A model generated the notes under the pieces. That model did not search any database. It had not been told where the DNA came from and was given only the letters and a program-made list of their open reading frames with translations. The translations under genes were made by a program, and so were the position numbers. A stretch of DNA of 64,000 nt. Source: Patescibacteria group bacterium. Lineage in GTDB: Bacteria > Patescibacteriota > UBA1384 > UBA12157 > JAENIV01. Below are positions 59,129 through 64,000 of the stretch, piece by piece. The stretch spans positions 2,401 to 66,400 of the forward strand of contig JBEKTP010000007.1 in assembly GCA_049515915.1 (NCBI GenBank), read 5' to 3'. The first letter of the stretch is position 1; each line of letters starts with the position of its first letter.

Positions 59129-60466
59129 ATGGATAAAAGATATATCATTATTGGCGCCGGCGTTTTACTTATTATTGTCCTTTTAATTTTGGTTTTAACA
59201 ATGGGTGGAAAAAGTAAAAGTAAAACGGCCGTCGGTTCGAAATTAATTGTTTGGGACTCCGTCGATAATCAGAGTGATTTTACTCAAGCGATTCAAGACT
59301 TCACCAATAACCACCCAGGGTTGGATATTTCTTTCGTCAAAAAAGACCCCGCCACTTATGAAACTGATTCCATCAACGCCATTGCCAGCGGGAACGGACC
59401 GGATGTTTGGATTATCCCTTCCAACTGGATGCCCAGCCAGCTCGACAAATTAGCGGCGATGCCGGCGAAAACTTTGGATCCCAAGGGGAAAAAAGATAAT
59501 GCGTCCTATTTTCAAGATACTTTCGTGCCGGTGACCACGACTGATAGTATTGCCAACGGCCAAGTCTACGGCGTGCCGCTTAATATGGATACTCTTTCGC
59601 TTTATTACAACGCTGACACGCTCGGCAACTGCTACCAGACTTACATCCAAGCCCACCCGTCAGCTGATGCCCAGACCCTTAACAAATTATTAAATAATCC
59701 GCCGGCGACCTGGGATGACATCACTAATATCGTCAAATATTGCGGCGCCAATATGATCGCCTTAGGCACATCCCAAGTCGAGCAAGCCAGCGACATTTTG
59801 ACGGCCATGATGATGCAGGACGGCGCCCAGATGAACGCCGATGATTTCTCGGCCGCTTTGTTCCACACTTCGACGAATCTCTTCGGCGGCGCACCTTACC
59901 CCGGCGCTCAAGCCTTGACATTTTTTACCAGTTTCGCCAAGAGCGGCGACCCCCACAACACCTGGAGTCCAAATGAAAAAAGCGCTTACGACGATTTCGT
60001 CCAGGGCAAAGTCGCCATGATGATTAATTACAGTCAAATCTTCACCCAATTGACCAAAGATCTTGGCAACCAGCCGAACGTCACCGGTCTGCCACAAATT
60101 ACCAAAACCAGCCATCCGGTTGATGTCGCCAACTACCAAATCATGACAGTACCTAAAAGCAGTCAAAACGCCACCTTGGCCTGGAATTTTATCAAAGCAA
60201 CCACGGCCGACGCTTCATTTTTGGGACAATATTTGAGCCAAAAACATCTGGAAAATCCTTATCAGTCGAAAAATCAAGATTCGAGTGATTACAACCAGGC
60301 CCAAGCCGCAGAAGCTCAAAGCTGGCATAATCCGGATCCGGTTAAAGTCCAAAGTATTTTCAACAATGCCATTGATCAAAATTTAAGCGGCCAGAACTCC
60401 CAGACGGTCGTCGAAAGCGCCGCCGCTCAAGTAACTACTTTGCTGGCCGCTTTAAAAGGAAGTTAA
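59129..60466 (+). CDS. membrane-anchored extracellular solute-binding protein (SBP_bac_1-like), orphan
   Basis: N-terminal TM followed by a sugar-SBP-like periplasmic domain. No permease or ATPase is adjacent. Confidence 0.6.
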   Translation: MDKRYIIIGAGVLLIIVLLILVLTMGGKSKSKTAVGSKLIVWDSVDNQSDFTQAIQDFTNNHPGLDISFVKKDPATYETDSINAIASGNGPDVWIIPSNWMPSQLDKLAAMPAKTLDPKGKKDNASYFQDTFVPVTTTDSIANGQVYGVPLNMDTLSLYYNADTLGNCYQTYIQAHPSADAQTLNKLLNNPPATWDDITNIVKYCGANMIALGTSQVEQASDILTAMMMQDGAQMNADDFSAALFHTSTNLFGGAPYPGAQALTFFTSFAKSGDPHNTWSPNEKSAYDDFVQGKVAMMINYSQIFTQLTKDLGNQPNVTGLPQITKTSHPVDVANYQIMTVPKSSQNATLAWNFIKATTADASFLGQYLSQKHLENPYQSKNQDSSDYNQAQAAEAQSWHNPDPVKVQSIFNNAIDQNLSGQNSQTVVESAAAQVTTLLAALKGS

Positions 60467-60867
60467 TGAAAAAAAATTGGCCCTTGGCTTTTATTATCGT
60501 TTTAATCGGCGCCGGCCTTCTCGCCAGGGGTTTATTCCCCCACGCTTTCGCGGCCGGCGTGCCGACAACGACCAACTCTGGCGTGCCCACAACGACCAAC
60601 TCCACCGTGTCGACAACGACCGATCTTGGTTCTGTCACGACGATTGGCGATTATGTTAACGCTATCATGAAATGGGCCGTGCCGGTTATTAGCACCCTCG
60701 CTATCATTATGCTCATCATTGCCGGCTATATTTATATGACTTCCCAAGGCAATCCCGATTCCATCAAAAACGCCAAAGATATCATCATCGGCGTCGTCTT
60801 GGGACTGGCGCTGCTTTGGCTGGCCAGCTTGCTTTTTAAAACGCTCGGTGCTAACGTCATCCCATGA
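60466..60867 (+). CDS. TrbC/VirB2-like (T4SS-pilin-type) small surface protein with Thr-rich repeat
   Basis: Signal peptide, GVPTTTNS repeats, then a two-TM hairpin separated by TSQGNPDS. Confidence 0.55.
   Translation: MKKNWPLAFIIVLIGAGLLARGLFPHAFAAGVPTTTNSGVPTTTNSTVSTTTDLGSVTTIGDYVNAIMKWAVPVISTLAIIMLIIAGYIYMTSQGNPDSIKNAKDIIIGVVLGLALLWLASLLFKTLGANVIP
60556..60627 (+). repeat. 3 x 24-bp in-frame tandem repeat encoding GVPTTTNS / GVPTTTNS / TVSTTTDL
   Basis: Seen directly in the sequence. The first two copies differ at 2 of 24 positions. Confidence 0.8.
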
Positions 60868-61226
60868 TAAAAATTTTACCCAAAATCAAAAAGGTTGTCT
60901 GGCTGAGTTTGCCGCTTTTATTGATAACTTTGGCGACTAAAGTTTATGCCGATAATCTTAACATCGGCACGATCAATTTTCCTTGGCATTCAAGCTCGGG
61001 AACGCCCCAAGATTTACTGCTCAAAATTATTAATTGGTTTTTGGGTATTATCGGCGCGCTGGCCGTGGTGGCTATTGTTTACGCCGGGATTTTATTTATT
61101 ACGAGTGGTCAAAATGAAACTCAAGTGGAAACGGCCAAAAAAACGCTCACCTGGGCGATTACCGGTTTAATCATCTCGGCTTTGGCCTATTTAATTATCC
61201 ATGAAGTTATCACCCAAATAAAATAA
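60864..61226 (+). CDS. TrbC/VirB2-like pilin paralog
   Basis: Signal peptide plus a two-TM hairpin (ALAVVAIVYAGILFITSGQNE...). Overlaps the previous gene by 4 nt. Confidence 0.5.
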   Translation: MIKILPKIKKVVWLSLPLLLITLATKVYADNLNIGTINFPWHSSSGTPQDLLLKIINWFLGIIGALAVVAIVYAGILFITSGQNETQVETAKKTLTWAITGLIISALAYLIIHEVITQIK

Positions 61227-61227
61227 G

Positions 61228-61569
61228 ATGAAAACTCTCAAAAAAATTCTTCCGATCAGTTTAGCCCTTCTTACTTTTTTGGTTTTTAAAAAAGCCCAAG
61301 CGGCCATCCTGCCAACCTCTTCGCCGGAGTCCTGGACGCTCAATCAAATCCCGGAGGTCTTTAATAATTTCAAAAGTCTTCTTTACGGGCTGGGCGGCGG
61401 GGTGGCGGTCTTACTCTTGATTTACGCGGGATTTACCTACGTGACCGCTTACGGCAACGAGGAACGGGCCACGATGGCTAAAAAAATTATCATCTGGACA
61501 ATTGTGGGGGTGGTTGTTATAATGTGTGCGAGTATAATAATTTCAGAAATAACCAAAATTATCAGTTAG
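61228..61569 (+). CDS. TrbC/VirB2-like pilin paralog
   Basis: Same topology as its neighbours (VAVLLLIYAGFTYVTAYGNEE...). Confidence 0.5.
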   Translation: MKTLKKILPISLALLTFLVFKKAQAAILPTSSPESWTLNQIPEVFNNFKSLLYGLGGGVAVLLLIYAGFTYVTAYGNEERATMAKKIIIWTIVGVVVIMCASIIISEITKIIS

Positions 61570-61608
61570 AAAAATAATAAATTTAAAATAAATTAAGTAG
61601 GAGGACAG

Positions 61609-61938
61609 ATGTTATCTTTATTAGTTGGTCGAGCTTATGCGGCAATCACTAGCACTCAGCTAAATAGCTTAGCCATTCCGTCATTAACGGGAACGACTAA
61701 TGGCTTGATCGGTGTGATTGCTACCATCCTAACCTGGGTTTTCTTGATTGCTGGAATCCTCGCGGTGATTTATCTCATCTACGGCGGTATATTGTATATC
61801 ACCGCCGGCGGCGATGCCGAAAAAGCCACCAAAGGCCGAGTGGCGATTGTCAATGCGATCATCGGCATTATCATCATCGCCTTGGCTTTCTTGATCGTCA
61901 TGTTCGTCAACAACGCGGTCCAAAACGCATCCTCCTAA
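61609..61938 (+). CDS. TrbC/VirB2-like pilin paralog
   Basis: Same topology as its neighbours (ILAVIYLIYGGILYITAGGDAEKA...). Confidence 0.5.
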   Translation: MLSLLVGRAYAAITSTQLNSLAIPSLTGTTNGLIGVIATILTWVFLIAGILAVIYLIYGGILYITAGGDAEKATKGRVAIVNAIIGIIIIALAFLIVMFVNNAVQNASS

Positions 61939-61962
61939 ATAGATTCTCGGTGTAAAAGAAAA

Positions 61963-61994
61963 AGGGAGACCAACGCGCCTTTGCGTAGTCTCCC
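61963..61994 (+). terminator. hairpin AGGGAGAC-N16-GTCTCCCT followed by TTTAAT at the end of the pilin array
   Basis: 8-bp stem and downstream T-rich run seen in the sequence. Convergent with the minus-strand gene. Confidence 0.5.
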
Positions 61995-62016
61995 TTTAAT
62001 GTGCTTTCGGTGCTTT

Positions 62017-63060
62017 CTAGCGCCGAAAGGTTATGCCATTTTCCATGGCCAGTGAGGTGTCTCCGGCCATGGCGGCCTGGCGGCCGTTATCCTCACAATA
62101 TCGGCACCAGATGGTACCGACTTTTTTTGTCCCTCGGATCACTTTGATCCGGTCCCCTTGATGGACGCGGCCGGGGAAAACTCTCGTCCCCCCGTCGAGC
62201 GCCAAAACCGTCGTAACGGCCGGGGTACTGACGATACGATGTGGCTTCGCCGCTACTCGCGGCTTGGCCGCCAGATGAGCTGTCCGATTCAGCAACCAAG
62301 GGTTGATCCTCGACGCCGGCTTTGATGCCGGGTCTGGCTCGGCTGGCCGGGCGGCGATCTCATCCTCGTGCACTCTTTCAGCTGCAGTTTTTACCTTAGC
62401 GTCTTCGATCGCCAGCCGCTGAAGTTCAGTCATCAGCGGTGGGATGATTTTCGCCACCGCCTTCATCCGAACCTCGTTACTGGGGTCGTTCTGAACGCCC
62501 CCCCAGGCCGAGGTCAAGCACGACCACAACTGGCCGCTGACTTGAATCGCCTCCTGCGAGGTCTGCACGGTTACCGGCACTCCGAGATACTGACTTCCAT
62601 TCTGGATGTCAGCTCGGAGTTCCACCGCCCGCCAACCTTCCAATTGGACATTGATGTCGGCTCTCGCCCGGAAGTTCCGAAGAACTCCCTGCGAGATATT
62701 CGCCCAAACATCTTTGTCCGTCAGCTGTCTCTCGTTCAAAAAGACGACATACTTGGCCCCGCCGGTTAAAACATCGACCGGCTGGCCAAGCTCGCGGGCA
62801 TACACCTGGAAGCCCTGGCGAACGAAGTCCGCCTCGCTTCCAGTGAACATGACACTGAATCTGGGGATGGTCGGCATAACCGGTCTCACCGCTTGTTCAG
62901 TGATCTTCACCTCGGGCGCCACTTGAAGAGGCGCCATGGAGGTAGCTTCCAGCTGACCTGTTTGGCCAGCCGGTTCCTCCGCTTGAGTCCAAGCCCGCGA
63001 CGGCAAGATTGCCACCATCAGAACTACTACCAGAACGACCAGATAAACCTGTGCGCGCAT
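62017..63060 (-). CDS. secreted hypothetical protein, GC-rich compositional outlier
   Basis: I placed the start at MRAQVYLVVLVVVLMVAILPSRAWTQA, a signal peptide. The track ORF extends to 63174. GC is clearly above flanks. Confidence 0.4.
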   Translation of the reverse strand: MRAQVYLVVLVVVLMVAILPSRAWTQAEEPAGQTGQLEATSMAPLQVAPEVKITEQAVRPVMPTIPRFSVMFTGSEADFVRQGFQVYARELGQPVDVLTGGAKYVVFLNERQLTDKDVWANISQGVLRNFRARADINVQLEGWRAVELRADIQNGSQYLGVPVTVQTSQEAIQVSGQLWSCLTSAWGGVQNDPSNEVRMKAVAKIIPPLMTELQRLAIEDAKVKTAAERVHEDEIAARPAEPDPASKPASRINPWLLNRTAHLAAKPRVAAKPHRIVSTPAVTTVLALDGGTRVFPGRVHQGDRIKVIRGTKKVGTIWCRYCEDNGRQAAMAGDTSLAMENGITFRR

Positions 63061-63278
63061 TCTAGTGCGCCTCCTGAAAAAGATTCCGTCACACCTGCTA
63101 CCAGCAGGTGAATAAAGTGTCAAGGTACAACCCATCCACCTTGAGACCCCATAGTATAGCACACATAGCATCAAATGTCAATATGATTAACAGGTTCAAT
63201 TTATTCCATATAAAAAATAACAGGTTGAATAACCTGTCAAAAATTGGTCTAAAGGCAAGAACTTTTAATTAACTTATT

Positions 63279-64000
63279 TTATTCTTGGGTCACCCGCTCG
63301 ACTTCTCCTTTAGTGGTCAAACCGGCGGCCACTTTTTTCATCCCGTCTTCCAGCATTGTTTCCATCCCCAACTTATGAGCGGTCTCTTCAAACGAACGCA
63401 AAGGCGCTTTTTCAAGAACCAATTTTTCGATTTCCGCGCCCGGTTTTAAAACTTCAATAATCGCTAATCTTCCTTTAAAGCCGGTGTGATGGCATTCTTC
63501 ACAGCCTTTGCCGCCGCAAACTTTATGAATCATTCTGACCAGTCGTTGCGAGATGATAAGGTCAATCGTCCCCGCCAATAAATACGGTTCAATACCCATT
63601 TCGGTCAATCGCGCCAGGGCGGCCGGTGCATTAGTCGTGTGCAGAGTCGTCAGCACCAAATGACCCGTCAGAGCCGCCTGCAGCGTGACTTCGGCCGTTT
63701 CTTTGTCACGGATCTCACCAATCATTAAAATATCCGGGTCTTGCCTGAGGCACCCTTTGAGAGCGTCTAAAAAGACGGTTTGTTCTCGCTCAGCCAGCGT
63801 TTCGGTCTCTTCGCTACCGCCCCGCTCTTTTTCAGGATGGATAATTTGAACTTGTTCAATCCCCTCGATTCGATATTCAATCGGGTCTTCCAAAGTGATA
63901 ATCTTTTTGCCCGGCTGATTTAAAACTTTTAAAATGGCGTACAAAGTCGTCGTTTTCCCCGAACCGGTCGGGCCGGTATTAATAATCATGCCTTGAGGCT
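63279..64000 (-). CDS. PilB/GspE-family type IV pilus / T2SS assembly ATPase (3' part; 5' end beyond window)
   Basis: Walker A GPTGSGKTTT and a tetracysteine motif CGGKGCEEC...HTGFKGR. Confidence 0.85.
   Translation of the reverse strand, partial: PQGMIINTGPTGSGKTTTLYAILKVLNQPGKKIITLEDPIEYRIEGIEQVQIIHPEKERGGSEETETLAEREQTVFLDALKGCLRQDPDILMIGEIRDKETAEVTLQAALTGHLVLTTLHTTNAPAALARLTEMGIEPYLLAGTIDLIISQRLVRMIHKVCGGKGCEECHHTGFKGRLAIIEVLKPGAEIEKLVLEKAPLRSFEETAHKLGMETMLEDGMKKVAAGLTTKGEVERVTQE

Noticed and set aside
60466-63989. Pilin array and PilB ATPase as one type IV pilus operon
   Set aside because: The small proteins have VirB2/TrbC (T4SS) topology and lack the N-terminal class-III signal of type IV pilins. 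They are on the opposite strand from the ATPase and separated by a GC-rich gene. I report them as separate features.
1-64000. CRISPR arrays, transposases, integrases and toxin-antitoxin pairs
   Set aside because: I scanned for short regularly spaced direct repeats and for DDE/tyrosine-recombinase-like ORFs and found none. The only repeat structures are the 24-bp coding repeat, the tRNA-end duplicate and short palindromes.

Overview
The window reads as a small-genome, AT-leaning bacterium with tightly packed, often overlapping genes. The gene content (no LPS core genes, VirB2-like pilin arrays, a PilB-type ATPase, a membrane pyrophosphatase) fits an uncultivated Patescibacteria/CPR-like lineage, but that is an inference from gene content only. 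Most of the window (about 3.2-17.5 kb and 19.9-56.1 kb) is a very large glycan-biosynthesis island. It is interrupted only by an acyltransferase gene, three tRNAs and a decayed tRNA-associated insert. By motif I count about ten GT4 glycosyltransferases, four GT2 polyprenol-phosphate-sugar synthases and a GtrA. There are also about six polytopic GT-C-like membrane proteins (one PMT/ArnT-like with a DE motif, two Wzy_C/O-antigen-ligase-like) and three Wzx flippases. The island carries a complete-looking WbpA/B/E/D/I-type pathway for a 2,3-diacetamido-2,3-dideoxy-hexuronic acid and two amidotransferases, one a fused glutaminase/WbuX-like enzyme. Further tailoring genes include an ATP-grasp ligase, a methyltransferase, several acetyltransferases, two DegT aminotransferases and four SDR epimerase/dehydratases. 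The right flank carries hsp20, galU, an orphan solute-binding protein, four tandem TrbC/VirB2-like pilin paralogs (the first with a Thr-rich 24-bp tandem repeat) and a partial PilB/GspE ATPase. Three GC-rich compositional outliers encode a hypothetical and two secreted proteins. No CRISPR array, transposase, integrase or reverse transcriptase was seen. My best candidate for an undescribed system is a polyprenol-phosphate-sugar-dependent protein (possibly pilin) O-glycosylation machinery embedded in the island. All family calls rest on motif recognition by eye, not on searches.
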